From: Ramlibacter sp.
GTDB taxonomy: Bacteria; Pseudomonadota; Gammaproteobacteria; Burkholderiales; Burkholderiaceae_C
DNA length: 64,000 nucleotides
Direction of reading: 5' to 3'
Assembly (NCBI GenBank): GCA_035460205.1
Contig: DATHWV010000066.1
Coordinates: forward strand, 33,411 to 97,410
The position numbers were made by a program, and so were the translations under genes. Under the pieces are notes generated by a model, which searched no databases, was not told the origin of the DNA, and saw only the letters and a list, made by a program, of their open reading frames with translations. This document shows, in pieces, positions 10,474-20,701 of this stretch. Numbering within the stretch: position 1 is the stretch's first letter; every line of letters begins with the position of its first letter.

Positions 10474-10547
10474 GCTCCCTTCCCCAGGCGATCGAAACCC
10501 CGCTTTTCCGGGGTTCCGGTCACGTCTTCCGATCTAGCCTTGTCTCG

Positions 10548-11486
10548 ATGGACGCCACCACCAAAGCCGACACCGCAAAACCCAAGCTCACGGCCCGCAA
10601 CTTTCCCAGCGCCGAGCAGGAAGCCTCCCAGGAGGCCACCCAGCTTCTGCCGGCCGCGCCGCGCTACGACGGTCCCGAAAGCAGCTACCGCCTGGCTTTC
10701 ACCGACACCGATTTCCTGCTGCGGCCCGAGCTGCGCCCCGTGCGCATGCAACTGGAGCTGCTGAAGCCGGAACTGGTGCAGCAGGAACAGGGCATCGAGA
10801 GCACCATCGTGATCTTTGGCAGCGCCCGCATTCCGGCGGAAGCGCTGGCCAGCGAGCAACTGGCCACCGCGCAGGCCAGCGGCAACGCGGCGGCGGTCAA
10901 GCGCGCCGAGATGCAGCTGCGCATGAGCCGCTTCTACGAAGAAGCGCGCCGCTTCGCGCACCTGGTCACCGCGCGCTCACAGACGCTGGCCACGCCCCTC
11001 TACGTGGTCACCGGTGGCGGCCCGGGCATCATGGAAGCCGGCAACCGCGGCGCCTTCGAGTGCGGTGGCAAAAGCATCGGCCTGAACATCGTGCTGCCGC
11101 ACGAGCAGGCACCGAACCCGTACATCACGCCGGAGCTGTGCTTCCAGTTCCACTACTTCGCGCTGCGGAAGATGCACTTCCTGATGCGCTCGGTCGCACT
11201 GGTCGCCTTCCCCGGTGGCTTCGGCACGCTGGACGAGCTGTTCGAGGCCATGACCTTGATGCAGACCGGCAAGTGCCGGCGCCGGCCCATCCTGCTCTTC
11301 GGCCGCGAATTCTGGACCCGGCTGATCAACTTCGACTGGCTGGTCGAGACCGGCATGATCAGCCCCGGCGACGTGGACCTGTTCCGCTTCGTCGAGACCG
11401 CCGAAGAGGCCTGGCAGATCCTGGCGCAGGACTACGGCCTGCACGCCGGCGACCCGCAAGCACGCGAGTTCGAAGAGGACATTTGA
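10548..11486 (+). CDS. LOG-family protein (nucleotide monophosphate phosphoribohydrolase, Rossmann fold)
   Basis: IFGSAR, VTGGGPGIMEAGNRGA, FALRKMHF, FPGGFGTLDE signature. Confidence 0.9.
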   Translation: MDATTKADTAKPKLTARNFPSAEQEASQEATQLLPAAPRYDGPESSYRLAFTDTDFLLRPELRPVRMQLELLKPELVQQEQGIESTIVIFGSARIPAEALASEQLATAQASGNAAAVKRAEMQLRMSRFYEEARRFAHLVTARSQTLATPLYVVTGGGPGIMEAGNRGAFECGGKSIGLNIVLPHEQAPNPYITPELCFQFHYFALRKMHFLMRSVALVAFPGGFGTLDELFEAMTLMQTGKCRRRPILLFGREFWTRLINFDWLVETGMISPGDVDLFRFVETAEEAWQILAQDYGLHAGDPQAREFEEDI

Positions 11487-11574
11487 AGCCTCTGATGCGG
11501 GCACCGAGCATCCTTCGGCGCAGGCGGGTCAATGGCGCATTGTTCTCGGCCCGTGTCGTCGCACAATCGCGGGC

Positions 11575-12489
11575 ATGCTGAACAAAGTCACCCTCATCGG
11601 CGCGCCGACCGACATCGGCGCCGGCGCTCGCGGCGCGAGCATGGGCCCGGAAGCCTTGCGCGTGGCCAACATCGGCGCGATCCTGCAAAGCCACGGCATC
11701 GAAGTGCAGGACCGCGGCAACCTCAACGGCCCGCCCAACCCCTGGCTGCCGCCGGACCAGGGCTACCGCCACCTGAGCGAAGTGGCGGCCTGGAACCAGC
11801 TGGTGCACGACGCCGTCTACACCGAGCTCAGCGATGGCCGCATGCCCATCCTGCTGGGGGGCGACCATTGCCTGGGCCTGGGCTCCATCAGCGCGGTGGC
11901 CCGCCATTGCCGCGACACCGGCAAGAAGCTGCGCGTGCTGTGGCTGGACGCCCATGCCGACTTCAACACCAGCGACCTGACCCCCAGCGGCAACATCCAC
12001 GGCATGCCTGTGGCCTGCCTGTGCGGCTACGGCCCGACCGAGCTGACCTCCATCGGCGGCCAGGTGCCGGCGATCAGCCCGAAGTGGCTGCGCCAGATCG
12101 GCATCCGCAGCGTGGACGCGGGCGAAAAGAAGTTCGTGCACGAGGTGGGCCTGGAGGTCTACGACATGCGCTACATCGACGAAATGGGCATGCGCCACAC
12201 GATGGAGTTGGCGCTGGCCACGATGGATGCCAACACCCACCTGCACGTCAGCTTCGACGTCGACTTCCTGGACCCGGACCTCGCCCCCGGCGTCGGCACC
12301 ACGATTCCTGGCGGTCCGACCTACCGCGAAGCCCAGCTCTGCATGGAAATGATCGCCGACACCGGCCGCATGGGCAGCCTGGACGTGATGGAGCTGAACC
12401 CGGCACTCGACGTGCGCAACAAGACCGCCGAGATCGCCGTGGACCTCATTGAAAGCCTGTTCGGCAAGAGCACCTTGATGCGCAAGTGA
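11575..12489 (+). CDS. rocF: Arginase
   Basis: GGDHC, WLDAHADFN, PSGNIHGMP, SFDVDFLDP, ELNP Mn-binding motifs. Confidence 0.95.
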   Translation: MLNKVTLIGAPTDIGAGARGASMGPEALRVANIGAILQSHGIEVQDRGNLNGPPNPWLPPDQGYRHLSEVAAWNQLVHDAVYTELSDGRMPILLGGDHCLGLGSISAVARHCRDTGKKLRVLWLDAHADFNTSDLTPSGNIHGMPVACLCGYGPTELTSIGGQVPAISPKWLRQIGIRSVDAGEKKFVHEVGLEVYDMRYIDEMGMRHTMELALATMDANTHLHVSFDVDFLDPDLAPGVGTTIPGGPTYREAQLCMEMIADTGRMGSLDVMELNPALDVRNKTAEIAVDLIESLFGKSTLMRK

Positions 12490-12573
12490 GGCGCTCGGCC
12501 GTCCAGGCCGATGCGTCACCAGCTTCAGCTAGCATCGCCCTCCTTCGAATTTCGTTTTGGCCAGGGAGGGCCC

Positions 12574-13284
12574 ATGAAACGTTTCTGCGGTATTTCGGTG
12601 GTGGCGCTTGCCGCCGCCATCCTGGGCGGCTGCGGCGGTGGCGACGCCGACGAATCCGGCTCCAGCACGGTTTACGCCACCAATGCGGCCTGGGCCAACC
12701 TGTATGCCAGCGCCCACAGCTGGTCGCTGTCGGGCACGGTCAGCGGCTCCGGACAGAACACCGCGGTGCAGTCCACGCTGGACCTGAGCCTGCTCGCCGA
12801 CGGGACCTTTCCCGGCACCGGTGACGCAGCGAAGATCCGCCGGCTGACCACCACCGCGACCGCCAACGGCGGCTCGTCCAGCGACTACGTCACCCACTAC
12901 CTGAACGCCAGCAACGCGTTCATTGGCACCGTGAGCTCAGACGGCAGTTGCGCGCTGCCCAGCAACGTTGGCCTGCCGCCGACCTCGGCGGCCATGGGCA
13001 GCAGCGGACCGCTCGCCTCGTGGACCGAATACAGCAGCTGCTCGGCGGGCTCGCCGCAGATTGGCACCGGTGCCGCCACCTGGTCGGTTGAGAATGCAAG
13101 CAGCACGCCGTACTTCTGCGTCACCAACACCTATACCTCGACGGCAGCCGGCAACAGCTTCAGCTCTACCGAGAAGGACTGCTTCGAGATCAATGCGTCC
13201 GGCACCATTGGCTCCTCGGCCAAGATCTCGGCGGTGTACACGCAAAACGGCGTGAACACGACCGTCTCGATGTCGACGTTCTGA
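12574..13284 (+). CDS. Hypothetical Ser/Thr-rich lipoprotein
   Basis: GGAGGG RBS, lipobox ILGG-C followed by GGG, and a beta-strand-like Ser/Thr-rich body with four further Cys. Confidence 0.75.
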   Translation: MKRFCGISVVALAAAILGGCGGGDADESGSSTVYATNAAWANLYASAHSWSLSGTVSGSGQNTAVQSTLDLSLLADGTFPGTGDAAKIRRLTTTATANGGSSSDYVTHYLNASNAFIGTVSSDGSCALPSNVGLPPTSAAMGSSGPLASWTEYSSCSAGSPQIGTGAATWSVENASSTPYFCVTNTYTSTAAGNSFSSTEKDCFEINASGTIGSSAKISAVYTQNGVNTTVSMSTF

Positions 13285-13296
13285 CCTCCGGAAACC

Positions 13297-14172
13297 TCAA
13301 CCCACCGTCACCGCGCTGGTGATCCAGCCTTCCAGCGGGTCCACGCCCGCTGGAAGGCCCAGGCCAGGTTGCTGCTGGGCCCAGGCGGCCTGCAGCAGGC
13401 ACAGGACGGCGTCCAGCCTGTCGCCGGTGGCGTCGGCCACCAGCGCATCTCGCTGGGCATGGCTGAGGCGCAGGCGCAGGGCCAGGCGCGTGCGGCCTTG
13501 CTCCAGCGCGTCCACCAGGTCCTTGCGGGCAATCAGGCGTTCCGGCGTCTGGCGTGCCTTGTCGTCCGCCTTGTACGAACGGTTGCCCAGCAGCTCGCGC
13601 GCCAGCAGGCCGGGATAGGCTTCCAGTGCGACACGCTGCGGCGCATCCGGCGCCGGCATCAGGCCCGGCAACCAGGCGCCGGCAGCGCGCAGCAGCGGCA
13701 CGCCGGCATGCAGCATGTAGGCCACCGGTGGGTTGACCCACTTCATGCTGGGCGATGACCCTGCCGGCCCGTCACAGGCACGGTGCGCGAACTTGCCGCC
13801 GACCGGGCGGGCGTCGCAGAAGGCCGAGAAATGGCCACGGATCTGTTCCCGCGTCAGCCCGGCGTAGTGGTCCATCAGCGCGGCCCAGTCGCTGGGCCAG
13901 CCGAGCTGGAGCACCAGCTCTCGCGGCAGGCCGAACGGCAGGTCGAAACCGCCGAGCCAGGCAGGCGTGGCGGCGAGCCAGTCGCCAAAACCGCTCAGTG
14001 TTTCGTGCGCGTGCAGCCCGTCCAGCCGCACGACCGCCCCAGCCCGTGTGCCACGCGCCACGATGACGGGCTTGCGCTTGCTGGGCGCACTGGAAAAGTC
14101 CACGCCCAGCAGCAGCGGCAGCTGCGCCCACACAGGCAGCACCGAAGAGACAGGGTTCGCAGCAGAAGACAT
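13297..14172 (-). CDS. DUF429-like protein (predicted RNase H-fold nuclease)
   Basis: LGVDFSSAP, GGFDLPFGLP, LEAYPG, DRLDAVLC, EGWI motifs. Confidence 0.75.
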   Translation of the reverse strand: MSSAANPVSSVLPVWAQLPLLLGVDFSSAPSKRKPVIVARGTRAGAVVRLDGLHAHETLSGFGDWLAATPAWLGGFDLPFGLPRELVLQLGWPSDWAALMDHYAGLTREQIRGHFSAFCDARPVGGKFAHRACDGPAGSSPSMKWVNPPVAYMLHAGVPLLRAAGAWLPGLMPAPDAPQRVALEAYPGLLARELLGNRSYKADDKARQTPERLIARKDLVDALEQGRTRLALRLRLSHAQRDALVADATGDRLDAVLCLLQAAWAQQQPGLGLPAGVDPLEGWITSAVTVG

Positions 14173-14217
14173 CGGCGGATTGTCCGTGGACCCGGGAGTT
14201 GAAACAAAATCGCGGCC

Positions 14218-14682
14218 ATGCATGCATTCCATCGCCTGGCCAGGCGACTCTGTCTGTTGCTGCCACTGCTGCTGGCGGCCTGCGGCACGCCGCCGCGCCT
14301 CACGCGGCTGACACCGGAGCAGTCGTCGAACATCGCGATCCATGCGATGGGCCTGGTTGGCACACCCTACCGCTACGGCGGCAACACGCCGGAAGGCGGC
14401 TTCGACTGCAGCGGCCTTGTCGGCTACGTCTACCGCAACCAGGCAGGGGTGGCGCCGCCGCGCACGGTGGCCGAGCTGAACCAGTTTGGCCAACCCGTCG
14501 AGGCTGGCGAGCTGCGCACTGGCGACCTGGTGATCTTCGGCCGCGGCCGGCCCACGCACGCCGGCATCTACGTGGGCGACATGCGCTTCGTGCACGCCCC
14601 GTCCACCGGCGGCGAGGTGCGGCTGGACCGGTTGGACAGCGGCTACTGGGCAAAGCAGCCGACCGCCTACCGCCGCCCCTGA
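14218..14682 (+). CDS. NlpC/P60 (C40) peptidoglycan endopeptidase lipoprotein
   Basis: Lipobox LAA-C; GTPYRYGG, GFDCSG (catalytic Cys), HAGIY, FVHAPS. Confidence 0.93.
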   Translation: MHAFHRLARRLCLLLPLLLAACGTPPRLTRLTPEQSSNIAIHAMGLVGTPYRYGGNTPEGGFDCSGLVGYVYRNQAGVAPPRTVAELNQFGQPVEAGELRTGDLVIFGRGRPTHAGIYVGDMRFVHAPSTGGEVRLDRLDSGYWAKQPTAYRRP

Positions 14683-14720
14683 TCCAACGCTGGCCTCGCA
14701 GGCTTGGCGACAATCCGTCC

Positions 14721-15869
14721 ATGGTTCGGATGTCGCGACGTGTCAGGTGGTGGTTGGGCGCAGGCATGGTCGCGCTGGTGGCCCTGGGTGGGCTTTACCA
14801 GTTGCTGCTGCACCGGCTGGCCGCCGTGCTGCACGACCATCTCGGCCCGCGCGCCAGCGTTGGCGCCATCTCGGTCGACTGGAACGGGCTGACGGTGCAG
14901 GACCTGCGCCTGGCCGCCGCGCCAGGCTGGCCGGCGCCATCCGAGCTGAGCGCCCGCCGCGTCTTTGTGCAACCGGCGCTGCGCAGCCTGTTCTCCGGGC
15001 CATGGCAAGTGCACAGCATCGTGGTTGACGGCGCCACCTTGAGCCTGCTGCGCGGTCGGGACGGCAAGCTGCGCCTGCTGCCCGGGCTGCTGCCTGCCGA
15101 CAGTGCCGCCGCGCCGCCTGCCGCCCCGGCGCGCGTCCGCCCGGCGGCGGCGGTTTCGGCCGCCGGCGCGCCCACCGAACCTGACCATCCCACGCTGGTG
15201 ATCCGTGAAGTGCAACTGCGCGACCTGCAGATCGATTTCTATGACGATTCGCTGAAGCCGGTCCGCGCCAAGCCCCACCACCTGCAGCTGGACGAACTCG
15301 ATGCCAGCATCGGCAACCTGCAACTGCCCGCGCTGAACCAGCCGTTGACGCTGAAGCTGCGCGGCCTCCTGCGCGGCGCCGGTGGCGGCGCCAACCACGA
15401 CGGCGACCTCAGACTGGACGGCGAGCTGACACCCGCCACGCACGACGCCGACCTCAGCGCCCAGCTGAAAGGCGTGGACCTGCGGGTGCTGCAGCCCTAC
15501 CTGCTGAAGGTCGCCGAAGGCGGCATTCAACGCGGCCAGCTGGACCTGCAGCTCAAGGCCGTGGTCAAGGACGAGCATCTGCACGCCCCAGGCCGCGTGA
15601 CGCTGAACGGCCTCGCGCTGAATCACAGCGGCAACTGGTGGGACGGCCTGGGCACAGCCAGCCGCCAGGCGGTGCTGGACACGATGGCCCACAAAGGCCA
15701 GCTGGACGTGAGCTTCACCTTGGAAGGCCGGCTGGACGACCCGAACTTCTCGATCAACGACAGCCTGGCCAAGCGTTTTGCGTCCGGCATGGCCGAAGCC
15801 GTTGGTGTCAGCGTGGGCGGCGTGGTCGAAGGCGTCGGCCAGATGTTCAAGGGCCTGCTGGGGCGCTGA
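14721..15869 (+). CDS. DUF748/AsmA-like membrane-anchored protein
   Basis: N-terminal TM helix, beta-rich body, and ending [13 protein letters not shown]...GVVEGVG. Confidence 0.65.
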   Translation: MVRMSRRVRWWLGAGMVALVALGGLYQLLLHRLAAVLHDHLGPRASVGAISVDWNGLTVQDLRLAAAPGWPAPSELSARRVFVQPALRSLFSGPWQVHSIVVDGATLSLLRGRDGKLRLLPGLLPADSAAAPPAAPARVRPAAAVSAAGAPTEPDHPTLVIREVQLRDLQIDFYDDSLKPVRAKPHHLQLDELDASIGNLQLPALNQPLTLKLRGLLRGAGGGANHDGDLRLDGELTPATHDADLSAQLKGVDLRVLQPYLLKVAEGGIQRGQLDLQLKAVVKDEHLHAPGRVTLNGLALNHSGNWWDGLGTASRQAVLDTMAHKGQLDVSFTLEGRLDDPNFSINDSLAKRFASGMAEAVGVSVGGVVEGVGQMFKGLLGR

Positions 15870-15973
15870 ATGGCGCGGGCGGCGGCGGCGTGCGTTCCTG
15901 CGCGGGGCCGCGCCGGGCGCCGCGTGGGGTTATCGCCACAAACGCCGACACCTGGGACAATGCCGGTTCTCGA

Positions 15974-18466
15974 ATGCCGGACGTGCCTGTGGCCCGCCCG
16001 GCTTTGGTCTTTCCGGTCCCCTTCCCTGCCGCTGCCGTGTCCGCCATCCTCGAAGCCCCCCTCCGTTCCGATGCCAAGGCCAATGCCAAGCCAAAGGCAT
16101 TGACGGCTTACCGTCCGTACTGGGCCAAGCGCTTCGGCACGGCACCTTTCCTGCCCATGAGCCGCAAGGAAATGGACAAGCTGGGTTGGGACAGCTGCGA
16201 CATCATCATCGTCAGCGGCGACGCCTATGTGGACCACCCCAGCTTCGGCATGGCGGTCATCGGCCGCACGCTGGAGGCACAGGGCTTTCGCGTGGGCATC
16301 ATCGCGCAGCCGGACTGGCAGTCGGCCGACGCCTTCCGCGCCCTGGGCAAGCCCAACCTGTTCTTCGGCGTGGCCGCCGGGAACATGGATTCGATGATCA
16401 ACCGCTACACGGCCGACCGGAAGATCCGCAGCGACGACGCCTACACGCCCGGCAACGTCGGCGGCAAGCGGCCGGACCGGGCCACGCTGGTCTACACCCA
16501 GCGCTGCAACGAGGCCTTCAAGGACGTGCCGGTGGTCATTGGCGGCATCGAGGCCAGCCTGCGCCGCATTGCCCATTACGACTACTGGAGCGACAAGGTT
16601 CGCCGCTCGGTGCTGGTGGACGCCAAGGCCGACCTGCTGGTCTACGGCAATGCCGAACGCGCCATCGTCGAGATCGCCCACCGGCTGGCGGCAAAGAAGC
16701 CCATCGAGAGCATCACCGACATCCGCGGCACCGCCTTCATGCGCAAGCCCGACGACCTGACGCTGGACGGCTGGTACGAGGTCGACTCCAGCGAGGTCGA
16801 CACGCCCGGCAAGGTCGACAAGCTGCTGAACCCCTACCTGACCATCGAGGAACAGGCCGACGACAACGGTGCCAGCTGTGCCAAGGCCGAAGCCGCGAAG
16901 GCTGGCGACACGCCACCCGCGGCCGACGGCGCCAAACCGATGCTGCTGATCCGCCGCCCGGTCGAGAAGCTGGGCAGCCGCGCGATCACCACGCCGCGCG
17001 AGCGCACGGTGATCCGCCTGCCGGCCTACGAGCAGGTGAAGAGCGATAACGTGCTCTACGCCCACGCCAACCGCGTGCTGCACCTGGAGACCAACCCCGG
17101 CAACGCGCGCGCCATCGTGCAGCGCCACGGCGAAGGCCACACCGCGCGCGACGTGTGGATCAACCCGCCGCCGCTGCCGCTGTCCACCGAGGAGATGGAC
17201 CACGTCTTCGACCTGCCCTACGCGCGCAGCCCGCACCCCAGCTACGCGGACGCCACCGGCAGCCACGACGGCGAGACCAAGATCCCCGCGTGGGAGATGA
17301 TCCGCTTCAGCGTGAACATCATGCGGGGCTGCTTCGGCGGCTGCACCTTCTGCTCCATCACCGAGCACGAAGGCCGCATCATCCAGAGCCGCTCGGAAGA
17401 CTCGGTGATCCGTGAGATCGAAGAGATCCGCGACAAGGTCAAGGGCTTCACCGGCATCATTTCCGACCTCGGCGGGCCGACCGCCAACATGTACCGCATC
17501 GGCTGCAAAAGCCCGGAGATCGAGGCCGCCTGCCGCAAGCCCAGCTGCGTCTACCCCGGCATCTGCTCCAACCTGAACACCGACCACGGCCCGCTGGTGA
17601 AGATGTACCGCCGCGCCCGTGCGCTGCGCGGCGTGAAGAAGATCCTGATCGGCTCCGGGCTGCGCTACGACCTGGCGGTGCAGTCACCCGAGTATGTGAA
17701 GGAACTGGTGACGCACCACGTGGGCGGCTACCTGAAGATCGCGCCGGAGCACACCGAAGGCGGCCCGCTGTCGAAGATGATGAAGCCGGGCATCGGCACG
17801 TACGACCGCTTCAAGGCGATGTTCGAGAAGTTCAGCGCCGAGGCCGGCAAGAAGCAGTTCCTCATCCCGTACTTCATCGCCGCCCACCCGGGCACCAGCG
17901 ACGAGGACATGATGAACCTGGCGATCTGGCTCAAGCACAACGGCTTCCGCGCGGACCAGGTGCAGACCTTCTACCCTTCGCCAATGGCCACCGCCACTGC
18001 GATGTACCACTCGGGCCACAACCCGCTCAAAGGCATCAGCCGCGACGCGCGCAAGGGCGAGCGTGTGGACATCGTCAAGGGCGACAAGCGCCGCCGCCTG
18101 CACAAGGCCTTCCTGCGCTACCACGACTCGAACAACTGGCCGCTTCTGCGTGAGGCCTTGAAGGACATGGGCCGCGCCGACCTGATCGGCAACGGCAAGC
18201 ACCATCTCATTCCAACCTGGCAGCCAACCACCGATGGCAGCTACCAGAGCGCGCGCCGCAGCAATTCCACACCGGTGGCCAAGACCACCACCGCCAAGCC
18301 GGCGCCGGGCCGCATCCTGACCCAGCACACCGGCCTGCCGCCGCGTGACAACGGCAGCCGCCCGGTGCGTCCTGGCGTGGCCAAGCCAGCGGCCCGGCCT
18401 GTGGCCGCGAAGCCGGCGGGGCGCCCCGCCTCGGCGGCCAAGCCCGGCGGCCGCAAGCCGCGCTGA
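15974..18466 (+). CDS. ygiQ: YgiQ-family (UPF0313) radical SAM protein
   Basis: [29 protein letters not shown] (CxxxCxxC), [29 protein letters not shown]. Start uncertain (ATG 15974 or GTG 16037). Confidence 0.93.
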   Translation: MPDVPVARPALVFPVPFPAAAVSAILEAPLRSDAKANAKPKALTAYRPYWAKRFGTAPFLPMSRKEMDKLGWDSCDIIIVSGDAYVDHPSFGMAVIGRTLEAQGFRVGIIAQPDWQSADAFRALGKPNLFFGVAAGNMDSMINRYTADRKIRSDDAYTPGNVGGKRPDRATLVYTQRCNEAFKDVPVVIGGIEASLRRIAHYDYWSDKVRRSVLVDAKADLLVYGNAERAIVEIAHRLAAKKPIESITDIRGTAFMRKPDDLTLDGWYEVDSSEVDTPGKVDKLLNPYLTIEEQADDNGASCAKAEAAKAGDTPPAADGAKPMLLIRRPVEKLGSRAITTPRERTVIRLPAYEQVKSDNVLYAHANRVLHLETNPGNARAIVQRHGEGHTARDVWINPPPLPLSTEEMDHVFDLPYARSPHPSYADATGSHDGETKIPAWEMIRFSVNIMRGCFGGCTFCSITEHEGRIIQSRSEDSVIREIEEIRDKVKGFTGIISDLGGPTANMYRIGCKSPEIEAACRKPSCVYPGICSNLNTDHGPLVKMYRRARALRGVKKILIGSGLRYDLAVQSPEYVKELVTHHVGGYLKIAPEHTEGGPLSKMMKPGIGTYDRFKAMFEKFSAEAGKKQFLIPYFIAAHPGTSDEDMMNLAIWLKHNGFRADQVQTFYPSPMATATAMYHSGHNPLKGISRDARKGERVDIVKGDKRRRLHKAFLRYHDSNNWPLLREALKDMGRADLIGNGKHHLIPTWQPTTDGSYQSARRSNSTPVAKTTTAKPAPGRILTQHTGLPPRDNGSRPVRPGVAKPAARPVAAKPAGRPASAAKPGGRKPR

Positions 18467-18600
18467 GTCAGCAGGCGCCCACAGGCGTCTGCCAGCAGTG
18501 CACACTCGCTTTTGCGCTGGCCGGCGCCCATGGGCCGCGATAGGATGGCAGCGCAGCTGGCGCCTCGCCCGCCGGCCTCTGAATCCCTCAGGAGAACCCC

Positions 18601-18897
18601 ATGTCCACCGCTTCCCGCCTGCGCCACCTGACCCCTTTGCTGCTGTCGTTTGCCATGGCGTTTGGTGCCGTCGGCGCCGCCCAGGCGCAAGCCGCAGCCC
18701 CGACCGAGCAGGCCGCCCCGGCCAAGGCCAAGAAGACCAAGAGCGCGCACAAGGCGCACAAGAGCTCGCACAAGGCCAAGAAGAGCAGCAGCAAGAAGGC
18801 CAAGACGGCCAGCGCCGCGAAGAGCAGCCATCACGCGAAGAAGAACCACAAGGGCGCGCATACCGCGTCGCTGGCCGCTGTCGGCACTTTCGCCTGA
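18601..18897 (+). CDS. Small exported Lys/His/Ser/Ala-rich basic protein (Asr-like)
   Basis: Strong AGGAG RBS, Sec signal ending AQA, and low-complexity mature part KAKKTKSAHKAHKSSHKAKKSSSKK with biased AAG codons. Confidence 0.78.
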   Translation: MSTASRLRHLTPLLLSFAMAFGAVGAAQAQAAAPTEQAAPAKAKKTKSAHKAHKSSHKAKKSSSKKAKTASAAKSSHHAKKNHKGAHTASLAAVGTFA

Positions 18898-18957
18898 ACC
18901 TCCTGAACCGATGCCCGGCTGCGCACCGACAGGCCCGGCCGCTTCCTTCGGGCTGAA

Positions 18958-20550
18958 TCAAGCCCGATGCGGCAGCAGCGTCGTCTGCCACAGTGACTCG
19001 CCGCGCATGTCGCGCAGGTGCACCGTCAGCGCCGCACTCTTGCCGTCAATCTGCACCTCGCCGAAGAACTGCAGGCCGGCGCTGGGCGGCAGGTTGCTCT
19101 GGCCGGGCGCCGGGGCCTTGATGTAGCGCAGCTCGGGGCCGAAGGTGTTGTCCAGCGGGTTCGGCCCAAAGGTACCTGCATTCAGTGGGCCGCTGACGAA
19201 TTCCCAGAACGGGTCGAAGTCCTGGAACTGCGCGCGGTTCGGGTGGTAATGGTGGGCCGCGGTGTAGTGCACGTCGGCCGTCAGCCACACGGTGTTGCGG
19301 ATGCGCTGGTGCTTGATGAAGGACAGCAGCTGGGCGATCTCCAGCTCGCGGCCCAGCGCCGGGCCGTCGCCATTGGCCACGGCCTCAAACTTGTCGCGGC
19401 CCTGGGTGTCCTTGCCGTCGGGCACCAGCAGGCCGATGGGCATGTCGGCCGCAATCACCTTCCAGGTCGCGCGGCTGGCTTTCAGGCCGTCGCGCAGCCA
19501 GGCCATCTGCTGCGGGCCGAGGAAGGCGGAGGACGCGTCCAGCGTGGGCTGCAGGTTGAAGCTGTTGGGCCCGCGGTAGCTGCGCATGTCGATCACGAAC
19601 ACGTCCAGCAGCGGGCCGTACGGAATGCGGCGGTACACGCGCTGCTCTTCCTCCTGCGCGAACCAGCGCATCGGCGCGTTTTCCAGGAAGGCCCGCGCGC
19701 CGCGCGAGGTCAGCAGCGCGACGTTTTTCTCGGTGTAGCGCGCGTCGCCTGAAACGTCCTTCGAGTCGGACCAGTTGTTGGTCACCTCGTGGTCGTCCCA
19801 CTGCCAGAGCTGCATGACCTCGGCGGCGAAACGGCGCTGGTGGTCGTCGAGCTGGTTGTAGCGGTGCGCGCCGCGGTACTCCTTCAGCGTCTCGGCGACC
19901 TTGCTCTTTTCTTCGGTCAGCACGGTGTTGCGCCAGGTGCTGCCATCGGACGCTTTCAGCTCGGCCTGCAGCGGGCCGTCGGCGTAGATCGTGTCGCCGC
20001 TGTGGATGAAGAAGTCCGGCTCGCGCTGGCGCATGGCTTCGTAAATCGTCATGCCGCCCAGGTCACCGTTGATGCCGAAACCCTGGCCGACGGCGTCGCC
20101 GGACCACAGGAAGCGCACATCGCGGCGCGTTGCCGGCGCGGTGCGGAAGCGACCGGTCACCGGCTCGGAGCGCACGCCACCAGCCAGGTCTTCCCACTGC
20201 ACGCGGTAGAAGATCTCCTGCCCGGCCGGCAAGCCTGTCAGGTCCACGCGCGCGGTGAAGTCGGTGGTTTCCAGCGCATACGGGCCGCGCAGCTTGCGCG
20301 CATGGGCAAAGGCCGGCGTGGTGTCCCATTCGACCCACAAACGCGCCGCCCGGTCCGAGCGCGCCCAGACGATGCCCCGGTCGGCCAGCACGTCCCCGCT
20401 CTGCACGCCGGACGGAAAACTCGGCCGCGCCGCGTCCCGCGTGATTGCCGCCGGCGCCTGGGCATGCGCGAAGATGCCGCTCAGGCCGCCGCCACTCAGT
20501 GCAGCGGAAGCGATCAGCAGGCGACGGCGAGGCAGGATGAGGCTGGACAT
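18958..20550 (-). CDS. phoD: Alkaline phosphatase D, Tat-exported
   Basis: Twin-arginine PRRRLL; GVQSGD, IHSGDTIYAD, WDDHEVTNNW, DMRSYR, WLTADVH motifs. AGGAG RBS. Confidence 0.95.
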   Translation of the reverse strand: MSSLILPRRRLLIASAALSGGGLSGIFAHAQAPAAITRDAARPSFPSGVQSGDVLADRGIVWARSDRAARLWVEWDTTPAFAHARKLRGPYALETTDFTARVDLTGLPAGQEIFYRVQWEDLAGGVRSEPVTGRFRTAPATRRDVRFLWSGDAVGQGFGINGDLGGMTIYEAMRQREPDFFIHSGDTIYADGPLQAELKASDGSTWRNTVLTEEKSKVAETLKEYRGAHRYNQLDDHQRRFAAEVMQLWQWDDHEVTNNWSDSKDVSGDARYTEKNVALLTSRGARAFLENAPMRWFAQEEEQRVYRRIPYGPLLDVFVIDMRSYRGPNSFNLQPTLDASSAFLGPQQMAWLRDGLKASRATWKVIAADMPIGLLVPDGKDTQGRDKFEAVANGDGPALGRELEIAQLLSFIKHQRIRNTVWLTADVHYTAAHHYHPNRAQFQDFDPFWEFVSGPLNAGTFGPNPLDNTFGPELRYIKAPAPGQSNLPPSAGLQFFGEVQIDGKSAALTVHLRDMRGESLWQTTLLPHRA

Positions 20551-20701
20551 GGCGGGCGCTCCTGAAAGGACAACCCGCCATGCTTGCCGCGAGTTGCGGC
20601 AGCTTGATGACGACCACCCACCGTCGCGGCCACCTCGGTAGCCGTGAAGCACGACAATAGCCCATGGCTAATATCGCGCGCCTGCGCCTGGGAGATCTGG
20701 C

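Noticed and set aside
20585-20615. Pho box upstream of phoD (minus strand GTCATCAAGCTGCCGC)
   Set aside because: Only one reasonable half-site; too degenerate to call without a matrix scan.
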